A stretch of DNA of 64,000 nt from Eutreptiella sp. 'Long Island Sound 2002' (taxonomy: Eukaryota; Protista; Euglenida), in NCBI GenBank assembly GCA_964036045.1, contig OZ038378.1, forward strand, positions 38,006,001 through 38,070,000. The letters run 5' to 3'. The notes under the pieces were generated by a model that made no database searches, was not told where the DNA came from, and worked only from the letters and a program-made list of their open reading frames with translations. Positions 50,444 to 63,369 of this stretch are shown here, piece by piece (within the stretch, counting starts at the first letter, position 1; the number at the start of each line of letters is the position of its first letter). The translations under genes and the position numbers were made by a program.

Positions 50444-51047
50444 CCCCCCCCCCCCCCCTTGCGCAAGCACTGCCTTGTCTAAGCACATGAGCCCGTGTTG
50501 CCGTCGTTTTGGTGGAGTTTTCTGACCGTGGTTTTTATGGTCAGAAATGGAACATTGCGCAATTGTGCTTCGCTTGTAGAGGGAATGGGGGGCTGCATCA
50601 TGCTTCTGGTAGTTCCTCCTGCTCATACCAACATTCTGCTTCTAATCTAATTGCAACCCAATGCTGTCTGTTTTGATGTGATTTTCAGCCATGGCTCAGT
50701 TTGCTACACCTAGCATGGTTGTTAGGTACATCCGGTCCACCGGTGAACATGTCTCCGCAACAATCATTGGTCCTACTTGTGGGGATGATTTCTTTCATGT
50801 GAAGTACATGTGGAATGGGCATGAGGTTGAGCATCATGCTCCTATGGACCGTGTCCTTTTCCCAATCCGCAGCCCTTCCCCAGAACCTTCAGAGCCCTCT
50901 CCAAAACGAGGGCGATCAGCAACGGTGACACATGTTTTTTTGGTACCGCTCGTCGCGCGCAAGCACGGGCTTGTCTAAGCACGGGAGCCCGTGTTACCGG
51001 CGTTTTGCTGACTTTCAGGGTGCTTGCGCAAGGGGGGGGGGGCGGGG
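50444..51047. mobile_element. 604-bp MITE-like element with ~27-bp TIRs and TA flanks
   Basis: TA|C15-TTGCGCAAGCAC at the left end and GTGCTTGCGCAA-G11CG4|TA at the right. Internal ~50-bp direct repeats at ~50460-50512 and ~50956-51007. Confidence 0.75.
50691..50978 (+). CDS. Small ORF inside the MITE; possible Tudor/SH3-like beta-barrel followed by an S/P-rich tail
   Basis: TTTTCAG-CC-ATGG start. VVRYIRSTGEHVSATIIGP..GDDFFHVKY..NGHEVEHHAPMDRV has an alternating beta-strand pattern; the fold call is inference. Confidence 0.4.
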   Translation: MAQFATPSMVVRYIRSTGEHVSATIIGPTCGDDFFHVKYMWNGHEVEHHAPMDRVLFPIRSPSPEPSEPSPKRGRSATVTHVFLVPLVARKHGLV

Positions 51048-52379
51048 TACATTTAAATGTTGAAGACTGTGCATGTTGTACACCCGTAGACCGAGCCCAT
51101 GCCCATGGGTAGACAGAGGTCCCTTGTATAGCAGTGAAACCTGGTTTGTTCGTTTCCAAGTCGGCTTTTGCCTGCAGCCATGATGGGCGGAAATGTGTCT
51201 GTACGTGCCACACAGGGTCCCATGGTTGGCTAGATCATCTGATTCGCCTTTCAGTGATCCCCATTGGGTAATTGTGGATGCTTGGCCACCATGTACATAA
51301 ATTACAGTAGAGGCTACACGGCAGTTTAGTGGATGGGGAGCTCACGGTTCGAGAAGTGGCTGGTGTACATTATTAACCCATGGGAGATGGTTGCAATGTG
51401 TACATAGGGCTCACCCCCTTGGAGGTCTGCTCGCCATGAATGCTCACATGCCCGTGGTTAGGCCGCTATGGTGTGATTGCTTGTCTATTACAAAAAATTA
51501 CCAACCTATTTTCGAAGTCAGGTGGCCGGTCCTGTAGCACACTCCCCTTTGTCATATAGACTATCAGCCACATCAAGGTTTTCGCTCACTTGGCAGAATA
51601 ATGACCACCCACTCTTGAGTAGCTTTACTGAGTTTGTGTCATTGCTTGGCGATTATATTGATGGTCTTTATTATCACATGACATACTATTGTGTCCATCG
51701 GTATACTCTACTTGTATTCCTGGCAGGTAAACTTCGTAAAGGACCTTGGCTTTCATACCGTTGGGGACTGAGGTCTTCCCTAGGAATGACGGTAAGATAG
51801 GGAATAGGTGTGAACCCCTCTCGCATCTTCACCACTACCACGGGCTCAGCCTATCCTCTTGTGTCTACCCTGCTCGGGGGACCACCTGAGGGAATGTGCC
51901 ATGTGCGCGTGTGGGAGCGGCAGTGACATTGTATTCACTGCACCTAAAACCAAGCAAAGGCTTTCATTCTGATTTGTTTGGTCGGTGCATTGCTGTGAGG
52001 TTGGAAAGCTTGAAGCTCAGATTGCTATTTCGTGTTGTTTTACATCGTGGCTAAAAGCCATGGGCACCGGAAAAATCCATCACACAGCCATCCTTTGCAC
52101 CAAGACATGGGGGCGGTCAACACACAAAAGACCGTGGTCGTGATGGACACAATGTAACGATATGCCCCGAGGTCACTCAGTGACTACATGCTACATACAC
52201 AACTCCATTGAAACACTGAAATAGACCAACTGCCCCAAGGAAATGACGCCTGCGCACTGATAACAGGGTTATCTTAAATAACTTAGGGAAATTAGAGCGC
52301 ATATAGTTTGACCACTGAGACTGCTCACGGCATGTGCTTAGTCGCCGGATGGGGGATCTGCAGTTTCTTTCCCTAGGAT

Positions 52380-55300
52380 GATGACACGGCTAGTGGAATC
52401 CGTGGCTACAAATGCCGGATGAAACGGAAAAAAAATAGGAGATCTGAGATGGTATGTGGCAGCGTGATTTATTGAGCCCGTGAGGTTTGATTGGGGACTA
52501 TTTCCGTGCCACATTGCAAATAGACTAACCCCTGGCGTTGCTGAATGTGCAGGCTGTGAATGAAATGGTGTAGCCACTACTGCAAATCCCCGGCAGCATT
52601 CGCAGGCTTGCAATTCACCATTGCCACAACGCACCCAAGCTGACCACCGACACTGTTGACCGAGATGCTTGTTGTTGTTGGGGGGGGGGGCTGCTGCCTT
52701 CTCCTAACGACCGGAGGAATCATTAGCAACATATCCCGGATGGGAAGGAACTACAAAATCGAACGGATTTGTTCAAAGGCAGTTTTTGCGCTGACCTCTG
52801 GGGGGGGGGGGGGGGGATGCATTCCCCTTCCCATTGGTGATAGAACAACATATGGACTACTTGGGAGCTATTTTGGATGGGAAGGAAATGCAACAATGCT
52901 CCCTCATTCAATGAAATGGAGTTGATATGTGGCATTGATTCACTCAGCTTGATGTTTGTTTTCGAGTGGAACGGTTCGAATTATGGCCATTGTCCCTTAA
53001 GGGAGTTGGCACCGGGGGCGACACATGTTTGTACTACACGTTCTCACTTGTGATGAAAGCGAAAGCGAAGTGGTAACCCACGAGTCCCAAATGCACATGT
53101 AGAACGATAGAGGAATCACCATCCCGATTGTTGCCAGGATAGAGCAACTGCAAAGGTTCCAGACCTTTAATGAAATCCCGTAGCCACTAATGGAAGTCCA
53201 CCAAAACAAGGGGGGCACCCTCACCTTCAAACCACTGTAGATATGTATTTTCAGATGTTTGTGAGTTTTGTTTTACCTTGATTGTGGCTTCGCTCCGAGG
53301 TTGGTGACCATGAAAGGGCCAGTCAGAGGGCAAGTTGAGATATGTGCCCGTGGGGTGGGGCAAAATGGCCCTGCATGCCACCCCAAAAGTCATGAAGTTA
53401 GCGGTGGGGTCTTGTGACGGTGACTTCATGAACGGGCTCCGCAACTCTCTTTGATCTCTTTGCAGTCTCAGTCTCTATGCTACTTCTGGAGTCCCCAGAC
53501 ATGTATGTATACACTGATGATGATACCCTGCTAGCACCGCTGCAAGGGCAATGCCGCGTCACGAATTTGGCGGATGGTACATACCCCATTTCCGTGAAAA
53601 CCGAGGGGGCTCTAGCGCAGTGGCCGCATGAAGTGTGTGAAATCAGTTGTTTGCCACTATGGGGACCCAACACCCCAATGCGATGTTTAAATTAGGCCGA
53701 ACAAGGAGCGAGTGACAGGGTTAAAGAAAGGATTGCTGGTACCAACTGCTACCTTACGTCAAGGGGCTGGCTTTGTCCATGTAGGGGTCCAGCCTTGGTA
53801 CATGGCAAGGTCCCTTGACACACCTTGGAATACGCACCACTCCGCATAGCATTCCTCTGCCTGTACATGCAGTTATTGGTGTGGAAACCCGGAAGGTGAA
53901 AATGAGGATTGCTGGCACCGACAGCTATGTGCCGCTACAGCTACAACAATAGACTCCCAAGTTGACAACCGTCAACCACCCAAGCTTGATGACACCTGGG
54001 TACACAGGCGGGGACACTTGATGACTCCCATGTAGGCTCACGTCAACACCCACATTGGACACCACTGCAGAGAACTTATCGGGGGAAAATGAGGATTGCT
54101 GGTACCCATTGCTATCTACCGCTACACCATTGAATGCTTGTCCTACCGCCTTGTCTTTGGTATCACAACCAAGATATAGTGTAAGCAAGTTTTTTTGTTC
54201 TTTCTATCGCCTTTCAATGCCATGATATTGCACATGCAAGCTTTTAAGCTCTTTTAACCGCCCTTTTTGTGGCACGATACAATACATGCAAGTTTATGAA
54301 ACCCATAGCCGCCTTTCAATGCTCTCTCTTTCTTTCCTCCTCTCTCTCGCCCGCCCTCTTTCCGTGATGGGCAAGCCCTTGCACATGATGTGCTAGCTGA
54401 TGTAAGGGGGCATGGGGCCTTTGGCACTAGCCCGCGACCTACAGATGGGGGTCTAGGCGCCCATCGAGGCACATCAAGCAACGGCAACGCGCCGCACCCC
54501 GCGCCCTCAGGGCCTTAAGGCCTTGCAAGGCCCGCCGGGTTTGCTGGCTCCCTCGGCCACCAACACAAGGGGGGCGCCCTCACCGTCAAACCACCGTAGA
54601 TATGTATTTTCGGGTGTTTATGAGTTATGTTTTACCTTGATTCTGGCTTCGCTCCGAGGCTAGTGACCATGGGAGGGCCGGTTAGAGGGCAAGTTGAGAT
54701 ATGTGCCCGTGGGGTGGGGCCAAATAGCCATGCATGCCACCCCCGAAGTCATGAATTTGCCGGTTGGGGCTTTGTTAAGGTGATTTCATGAGCAGGCTCC
54801 CCAACTCTTTTTGGTCTCTTTATAGTGTGAGGCTCTATGCTGCTTCTGGAATCCCTAGACCTGCACATATACACTGATGCTGAGGCCCTGCTACCACTGC
54901 TGCAACGGCGATGCCGCGTCCTTGATTTGGCGGATGGCACATACCCCATTTCCGTGAAAACTCAGTCTCCTTCTCACGACTCGAGGAAACATTAGCAACA
55001 TATCCTAGATCAGAAGGAATTGTAAAATGGAGCGCGGTTGGTTATAGGCAGTTTTGGCGATGACCTCTGAGGCCGGGCTGGGGGGGGGGGGGGGGTGGTG
55101 CATTGTCCTTCCCATTGGTGATACAACAACCGATGGACTGCTTGGCAGCAATTGTGGATGCGAAGGAAATACAACAATGCTCCCTCATTTAATCACACTG
55201 AGTTGGTCTGTGGCACTGATTTACTAAGCTAAGCTAAGAGAACTAACCTGAGCTTGATGTTTGTATTCCAGTGGAACGGTTTGAAACATGGCCATTGTCC

Positions 55301-57780
55301 ATGAAGGGAGTTGGCGTTGGGGGCAACACAAGTTTGTACTACACATTCTCACTTGTAATGAAAGCAAAATGGAAGTGGAAACTGATGAAGCGCAAATGCA
55401 CATGTAGAACGATAGAGGAATTACCATCCCAATTATTGCCGGGATAGAGCAACTGCAAAGGTTTCAGGCCTTCAATGAAATCATGTAGCCATTACTGCAA
55501 GTCCTCGGGAGCATTTACAGGCGTGCAATTCACCTTTGCCAAAGTGCACCTAGGTTGACTATTGAAGGTGTTGACCGACCAATTGCTTAGGCGCTTGCTG
55601 GGGGGGGGGGGGGGGGCTCCAGTCTGCCTCTCACAACCAGCGGAATTATTGGCACAATATCTTGGATGAGAAGCAATTACAAAATGGAACGGATTAGGTT
55701 TGAAGCAGTTTTCGCACTCACCTGTGACTGGGGGGGGGGGGGGTTCATTTTGCTTTTCATTGGTGATGGAACAACAGATGGACTCCTTGGAACCAATTTT
55801 GGATACGAAGGAAACACAACAACGGTTCTTCAGGTATTCAAACCGAGGTGGTCTGTGGTAGCGATTCACTTAGCTTGAGGTTTGATTGCAGCGGGACTAT
55901 ACGAATAATTGCCATTGTCCATGAAGGGAGTTGGCGCTTGGGGCGATAAAAGTCTGTACTGCACATTCTCACTTGTAATTATAGTGAAATCGAAGTGGAA
56001 AGTGACGAAGCCCAAATTGCACATGCAGAGCGGCAAGGGAATTAGCATCCTAATCATTGCACAAACAGACCAACTTCAAAGGTTCTAGTTGTCATACGCC
56101 AATAAGAAGGAGCCCCCATTATGCGAGTGAGAACTGTCATGGATGATCTTCCCATGAAAGGTTGAAGTTGCCGCCGATAAGAAAGCACAACAACTTGGAA
56201 TCGCAGCCAAGTATTCACCATGGTGGCCCATTGTGGAGGTCAGCTGTTATGTATTAATGAATAGATCACCCGTGTGAATCGACGAATCCCAAATGCCAAG
56301 ATGGAACAACAGAGAAGTCACCTCTTATGATATGCCAGTTGGTGGTCCCTTGGGGCGGTCCTCAAGGGCGGTCCTTAACACAAGAAAAATCTGGTCCCTG
56401 AAGGACCACCTTGACTCTATTCCACTCTCAATATCATATGAGCCATTGTGGAACAGCAGCTTCAACTTACTATAATATGCAGCTCGAGCTTGTGCTTTTG
56501 GTCTCTTCGTGACCGCTAACCGCCAATTGCCACCAACCGCCAACCGCTAACCGCCGCCAACCGCCAACCGCGACCAACCGCCAACCGCCAACAGCCACCA
56601 ATCGGCAACCGCCACCAACCGCCAACTACCAACCGCCAACCGCGATGAACCGCCAACCGTCAATCGTTGACAACCGCCACCAACCACCCATCACCAACTG
56701 CCAACTACCGCCAACCACCGCCAACCGCCGCCAACCACCAACCGCCAACCGCCAACCAGCAATCTTCACTAGCCGCCGACCGTCAATTGCCATCAACCAT
56801 GGTTGAACGTATGAGCTGTACACGGTCGTTTTGGAAAAACGATGTACCGGAACAATTTCTTTTTTGTTCCTTCTAGGTTCGCCCTGAATAGAGTTGACGC
56901 TGCCAGAACAACCGTCGTGGTGCTGATTCGCATAATGTCGCAGCTTGAAGTTGCAGCCCGTGCTTCCCATTGACCTGGCCGGTTGAGCAAATCCAGCCAT
57001 GATACAGCAGTAAGGACATTTACCAACAACTTTTGACAAGATGATCGTCACATGAAAGAATGAAGTTCATGCTACCAGCAAAGCCAAACAACTTGACATC
57101 GCAGTCAATTGTTCACGTGGCTGATTGTGAAGATCAATTGTCCTCCATCAATAAACAAAGCACCCACGTGAAATGACGAATCCAAAATGCTGAAACGGAA
57201 CGATGAAGAAGACATCACTCATGATATTGCACGCAGAGACCAAAAGCAAAACTCCAGTAAATTGAAGCCGCTGGTTTCAATGAACATACGAAACTGAGAT
57301 GATGTTGATGGTTGAATGGAGTTGACGCTGACACAAAAGCATTGTGCTGCCAATTCCTAGAGGATCACATTTTGAAGTTGCAGCCCGTGTTTCCAACTTA
57401 GAAGGCCAGCTTAGAAGATCTAGCTGTCGTACACTAGTAACTAGTAAGATAGAGTCTCTGTTGTACCAGGTAAGCTCGACGAGACCCGATAGCTCAAGTA
57501 GATCGTACAAAAAATGCTGACATAAGCCGATAGTGGAGATGCCGCATCGTGTCTTCCACGAAGTGATCATTTGCAGAATGTTCCTCATCATACGCCAATA
57601 ACATGAGTCCTCTGTTGCGTAGCGAAGACTGATTTTAGGGAAGATGATGTTGCCGCCATGAAGATTGAATTTACAGCAAAATTAAAGCCTACATTGCACT
57701 AGCAAGTAGTGACATAGCGTCTGCAACTGATAAAAACTTCTGATTCGCCATAATGCCCAGATTGTCCACATAGATGACGC
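52380..57780 (-). pseudogene. Decayed large ORF built from diverged tandem domain repeats
   Basis: Homologous blocks at 52690-53190, 54965-55500 and 55620-56080; 53205-53605 and 54570-54960; 56890-57030 and 57320-57460; 56095-56340 and 57035-57230. Similarity is retained in minus-strand translation (DFIxGLxPLQLLYPGNN.DG.SSIVLHVHL; LDLL....ExRAATSxCD). Confidence 0.5.
56510..56790. repeat. (CCAACCG)n-type degenerate 7-mer array
   Basis: Dense AACCGCC/CCAACCG units interrupting the repeat-domain coding remnant. Confidence 0.9.
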
Positions 57781-58124
57781 CGCATTGGTATAGTGCTAGG
57801 GATCTCCTCTTCCCTATGACATGAAAGATCTTGAATAAAGAAGGGAATGAATGCACAACTGGGAGGGGGCCCATCACCAGGGAATACCGTCTTGGGACTG
57901 TAACTGTGAGCCCTACCTTCCACCTGATGGTGGGTCTAGTGTTTCATGACCAGTTTCATTCATTTCCTCCGTGTCGTGTCCCCTCTTTCACAGGCGACTC
58001 GGCCCACCTATTACGGACTTTGTCGAAGTCTTGTAAGTTGGCACTCCGTGCGGCACGTGACCCCGGAGCATTGGTCGCCCGCATGCACACCAGGGGGGGG
58101 GTCTAACCGACAGCAGGATTCACC

Positions 58125-58385
58125 TCACCTGCCCCCTGTCCTGCTGGCGCCCCTATTTGAGAGCGCAATGTCTACCCCGCGAAGGGACAGCACTCAGAGT
58201 GCGTCTGATGAGGACGTGCAACAGTATGCCGTCCGGTGTTCTACCCCCCCCCGATCTGCCCCCCACCCTGCTGGCTCCACTTTTTGAGAGCGTGATGTCT
58301 GCCTCGCGAGCGGGCAGCACTCATCGTGAGTGCGATGAGGACATGGGTCAGTATGAAGTCCAGTACTCTACCCCACCCTCCGTGG
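58125..58385. repeat. 127-bp diverged tandem duplication
   Basis: CTGCTGGC..C.ATTTGAGAGCG..ATGTCT...CAGCACTCA...GATGAGGAC.TG...CAGTATG at 58141 and 58268. Confidence 0.8.
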
Positions 58386-58799
58386 GGGAGTGGCCCCCTA
58401 ACCCCTTTACCTTTCCCTCTCTTCGCGGAGCACAGCGTCTCTGCTCGGAATTGCCTGGCATGGCCCGACAGTGCCAGGGATGGGTTCGTGACCCCCATGC
58501 ACGACACTCCACCATGCTGTACAGCATGCAGGAAGGTGCTCTGTCTTCCAACAGCGCGCAGGGGCTCATGAAGCATGGACGGGCCTCACGTGAGGCAACC
58601 TAAAGGACGGAGGGGGGAGCCTCTCGTCATACAGGGCGGCAGCTCTCCAGAAACCCGCGCGACTTGCCCCTTGGGTGAGTCTGGGGGCTGGAATGGGTAG
58701 AAGCCCCATGGACTATTGCTCCTTAATATGATTTCCTTCCTTTGTCGAAGTCTTGTAATCATTGGATGTCTCGAACCCGTCTCTCCTGAGGGTACTACG

Positions 58800-60656
58800 C
58801 GGCCACCTCACCATGCCCCCCCCCCCCCGCGACCCACACCGTGCATAGCGGTGCTGGCATGGTACACGAAGATGCCCCCACAAGCGTACGTCCGAATCCC
58901 ACGGACTCTGTCCTCCGCAATGTTAGATGATCTACTGCGGTGATGACGGCAGTAGCACTCCCTTTTGCTACGTGCTAGAGTGTGGACCACCTCCGCAGAC
59001 TGGCACTACCAGCGGCAGAACCGAAAGGTTGAGGTCTTTTCTGTGATGAGCCAGTTGTTGGCATCCGAGCGCGCCGCCCACCGGGTGGAGTGCCCGCTGC
59101 CTAAACGGCAGTGTTCCACGAGTCCTGACATCCTAGGCCAATGCCCGCCACCGGACATGGCCGCGGCAAAGCGATAAAAGCTTCCCACCCTTGGAGACCT
59201 GGTGGGAATGGCGCACACGTGATCTAGCATGTCCTTTGTCGACCCTTATTTCTTACGCATCATAGGCGTGGCATATGGTGTGGCGGTTTTGCCTACCGCA
59301 TCAGAGAGCCCTCTTGTATACGCGTGTGAACTCTGGGTCTGTGCCATGTTCCCCGCGTTGTAGGGTTCCACTGCATCATATGCTAGAGTCGCCTACTTCC
59401 GCAAGCACAGCCTTGAGTACTCTTTGAACTTTTGGAGCCAGTCAAAAAAAAAAAGAATCTGTCTGTCGTGACGGTAAGATGTTTTAATGTATGGGGAGAC
59501 TGTGGTAGATTGGATCACGGAGCACATTGATTTATCTAGACCTCAGGGCGTACCAATGCGAAGCATGCATTAGTCAGCACTAGTTTGTCACACCATGAGC
59601 ATGTTCCTTCAGTGCTTGGGCAATGTACTTTTCCTTTTTACCTTCTTAGGGCTAGCAATATGCGCACATCAAATAGTCAACGATTGTTGAATAGGGAAGA
59701 GGGGTTGCCATGTTCCCACGGTTGTTATAGCCCTGTCCCCAAAAGGTGATGCTGGTTCTCTAGGCCGTCACCGCCCAGCTTAGGATTCCACGCAACCACT
59801 TACACCTAGCCTGCCACGTACAAATGAGGAGGCTTTGTCCAGGCAAGTGTAGTGGGCAAACCCAACCTTCACGTGAGAACTCGATTATTGTGTCCCATCC
59901 GAGGCTGCGGCAAAGGACTATAGGTCTGAATCCTTCCAAGTCAATTTGTCGTCCTTGCCTTTCACTGCTGGATAACCAATCACTATAATTTTCCACATCT
60001 GATGCTCCAGGAGCCATGATAAGTCTTTACATAGCCTAACCAGGAGTGCCGGAGCGATATCATAAAGGGGGGAAGGGGGGAAGGGGGGAGCATCGCCCTC
60101 TTAGATGTGCTACGATGCCGCATGACATACTGAGCCCGATATGGTTTCTCATACCGGAGTGAATTTGTGTTGTATTCCACCTTGTTGTGAGCCAACTTAA
60201 CCTGTAGTGCTTCCATCTCCTCAGGGACTATGTGTTGGAGTAGCATGATTCCCGGCGGGATTCCCTCAAGTGGCGGTGGCAGTGGTCGCTTCACAATAAG
60301 GGAGAAGAGTATTCTTGGTTGTGCACGTGTTCGTGGCCAAGGGGCTATAGGCGTTGGGGGAGCAGTTGGTAGTGGTCTCGGTGGGACTGGTGGCGGCGAC
60401 ATTGGTGGGTCATAAGGCGTTGGAGAAGATGGAGGTGGTTGTGTTGTTGATGGTACAAATGCAGCACACGATCATGATGTTCAGTAAGACCGTTCACGCG
60501 TTCCATGGGTGTCAAATGGGGTGAAGGGTTTGCTTTGATTTGGTCAATCTCGGCTTTTAGGTCTACCGGTTGCTTTTTCTGGCGCCGTTCCCGATCCGTG
60601 TGCATTTTTGTTAAGTGTGCACTTTTTGCTGCCGTTTTTTTCGCCCGTGACATCAT
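58800..60656 (-). pseudogene. Decayed gene, possibly a DDE transposase/integrase-like protein
   Basis: Start MMSRAKKTAAKSAH at 60656, then a Pro-rich linker, then fragments ILFFFD, VQRVLKAVLAEVG, HGTDPEFTRVYKRALSD..TATPYATP and DMLDHVCAIP. Heavily disrupted; family uncertain. Confidence 0.35.
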
Positions 60657-60959
60657 GGTTCTATGTTAAGGAATGTATGGGAGGCAAGCAAAGGTGGGAA
60701 GGACCGAGTTCGAGACACCTCCAAAGATGGTACAGATGATTTAGTCAATGCCCTATGAGTCGGCTCGCACGGCAACATGCCAGCAATCACTTCAAATATG
60801 TGGTACACCGGGCAGTTTGTACCGGGAACCCCCGCCCCCCGAAACGGGCCTCCCGGGGACCGCCCATGGAGGTATAGGGGGGCCAAACCAACTTGAGGGG
60901 TTCGGGGGATGAAAACTAAGGGGGGGGGGGCGTCCCTGGGTTTAGAGTAAAACAACGTA

Positions 60960-61110
60960 GGGGCGGTTTTTCCAAAACCCGAGAACCCCTTCTCAATCAC
61001 CTTCTCGGGACTTCTCGCCTTGCCGCCTTGATCACAAAGGGGTTCTCAAAATGACTTCTCGGTGAGGTTCATGATCAGAAAGGGGTTCCCAAAATGACTT
61101 CTCGGGGGGT
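60960..61110. repeat. GGGTTC/CTTCTCGG motif array between divergent ORFs
   Basis: GGGTTC(T/C)CAAAATGACTTCTCGG twice (~61040, ~61083) and an inverted CCGAGAACCCCTTCT at ~60979. Confidence 0.65.
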
Positions 61111-61185
61111 TTTGTGATTTGGTGTGTGTGTCCATCGCTTGTCCATTTTGGTCTCTTTTGCATCTTTGGTCCATTAGTTACCGCC

Positions 61186-62878
61186 ATGCCCGTGCCCCCC
61201 ATCACTGGTCGTTGGTTGCGTGGAGCCCATGATCGCCTGGGCTCCCGTCTTATCGCCGCTGCCCCTACCGAAGTGGAGGAGACCATCCGTATCGATGGGC
61301 TACCCGCGAGGGTCAAGTTCAATGCGGGGACTACGTTGAGTATTATCCAGGCGCCGCGGAGTGTTCTTGGAGAGATGGAGCCAATGCTCGTCAGTTACCC
61401 GGTTCACACCACCTTCATGCTCAATCCTACACTTCGGGCCGTTTTGATCCACCTCTACAGTGCGGAAGTTACCAACCTTCTTGCGGGGATCTTGCCTCAC
61501 GTTCCAAAGCCGAAGGACAAGGCCAAGGGAAAGGAACCCAACGGTCGGGCCGAGGAGAATGTGGTTTATTGGATTGCAGAGGATGTGGACGATTGTGTGG
61601 TTTTCGCAAGCACCAAGCCGAGCCCCTCGGAGATTACACGTCGTGCCTTTGGAAGTGCCCCACGTGGTCACAAGGAGCGTGTATTGCCGGCCTCCAAGAT
61701 GGACACCTTTCCGGTTCAGAGTTTGGCAACCGATCCCGGAATAGCCTTTGCGGATCCGGTGGAGGGCATTACCACCCCATTTCATATGGCGGGGAAAATT
61801 GTGGCACTACCGAGGCAATGTCCGTTGCCATGGGTCTGGGGTGGGAGACGCACCCACGGTTGGTGCATTGCGCTCCTAGTTCACCTTGAAAGAAGACCCA
61901 GGCAAATTTGATGGGACGGCACATTTGTTGTGGAAAGCAGTGGTGCTCATGGAAATGCTTGATAAGGTTGTGGAAGCCCTTGAAACTCAACCATGCGACA
62001 CTTGGGATCCTGTATTCAATGACTTTCCCGGGCTGCAGCGCGGTCTGGACTCGGGCAATAGAAGGATGTTTGCCCACCGACTCCCGCATGTTGACGCAGA
62101 AGGATCGGGTGTTGGATACCATGAATATTCGGCCCTCATGTGATTCACAAACTTCGTGCTCGGCTTGTTCAACAACACATGGAGTGGGGACCACAAGGCG
62201 TACCAAGCGGCCGCAATAGGTGCGAAGGGGCGTGAAATGCAATCCTACCATCGCAGCATGATCAAGGTTCCCGATGGGAAGAGGGTGGTTTCCCTCTTTG
62301 CGGCCCTAGACGAGGACTTGTATTCCGTTGATGGCACCAACACCGTCTTCTGGCGACATAGCCGTGAGGGTTTGCCCCGTCCATGGGACCCTACTCCCAT
62401 TCCGCTGCGACGCGGTGACTTGTTCATCTTGTACAGCGACTTAGTCCATGCGGGCGCGGGCGGCTGTACACCTCTTTCCAAGCCGGAGTCATGGTGGAGA
62501 CGAGTGCTTTCCTTGGGCATCGCCACTATTCCCGTCACGTACTTGTACACGGTCGGAGTTCGCGTTCCGTTTTCTCGTTTGGAGCAAAGCCACGACGTTG
62601 ATGTGTCAGAGCGCTGTACTATCTTAGGTCGTCGGAAGAAAGCCACGAAAGATTGCTTCACTTGTGGGGTTCCGAGGCTCTGTGCCACTCACGAGGAGGA
62701 GCTGTGCCCGGCGTGCTTGCCGATTAGTGTTGGTAGTAAGGCGAGTGCGGCGGCTAGTGCTCCTCAGGCGCTGGGGTTTCCAGTCGGGGTCACTTGTTTG
62801 CTTCCCGTCCTTACCCAGTCTACACGTTCCCTTGCACCCTCTGCCGGCACCCCCTCCCAACCCTGTTTGACGAGATGA
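61186..62878 (+). pseudogene. PhyH-like 2OG-Fe(II) dioxygenase with N-terminal extension and C-terminal Cys/His finger (disrupted)
   Basis: ACCGCCATG start at 61186. QSYHRS (His at 62249; expected Asp reads Ser), VVSLFAALD, DGTNTVF, IPLRRGDLFILYSDLVHAG (His at 62447), RRVLSLGI, then C..CFTCG...LCATH...CPAC. Frameshift near 61830-61890 and a TGA near 62140. Confidence 0.65.
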
Positions 62879-63369
62879 TTATTGTAATGTCATGTGGGAT
62901 GAGCGCCCGCTCGGGTCATGGGCACACGAGGCCGAGACATTGGAGTCAGCCAAGGACCAGAACATCACGGTGAGCAGGGTTCCTCCTGGGTACATCATGG
63001 CACTAAGGTGCCAGTTTGGTGGCTTCGGCATGGGCCGAGACGACGAGCGGGCCTCCATTGTGCGCTAGGACATGGGACATCCGCAGCAGCTAATGCTGGA
63101 CTGCCCCGCATGGGGCTGACGTGTGGCTGGCTGACGGAGACATCGAAAGATGGAGCCTACTGGTGAAGATGCAGGCACGTATTAACTGTACTGGCCTGTT
63201 GTTCTAACATGTGCCTGACATGATATGCAGGAGGGTTTGGTGCCTGCAGAATGCTTCATTTTAGTGCTAAACATCGGTCTTGCATGTGGTCGGGTTGTCC
63301 GCGAGGAAGGTGCTTCGCGAAGGTGGTCCTGATCCGAATGTTGGCTGAAAAGTGCGTCCGGGAAGGGGT

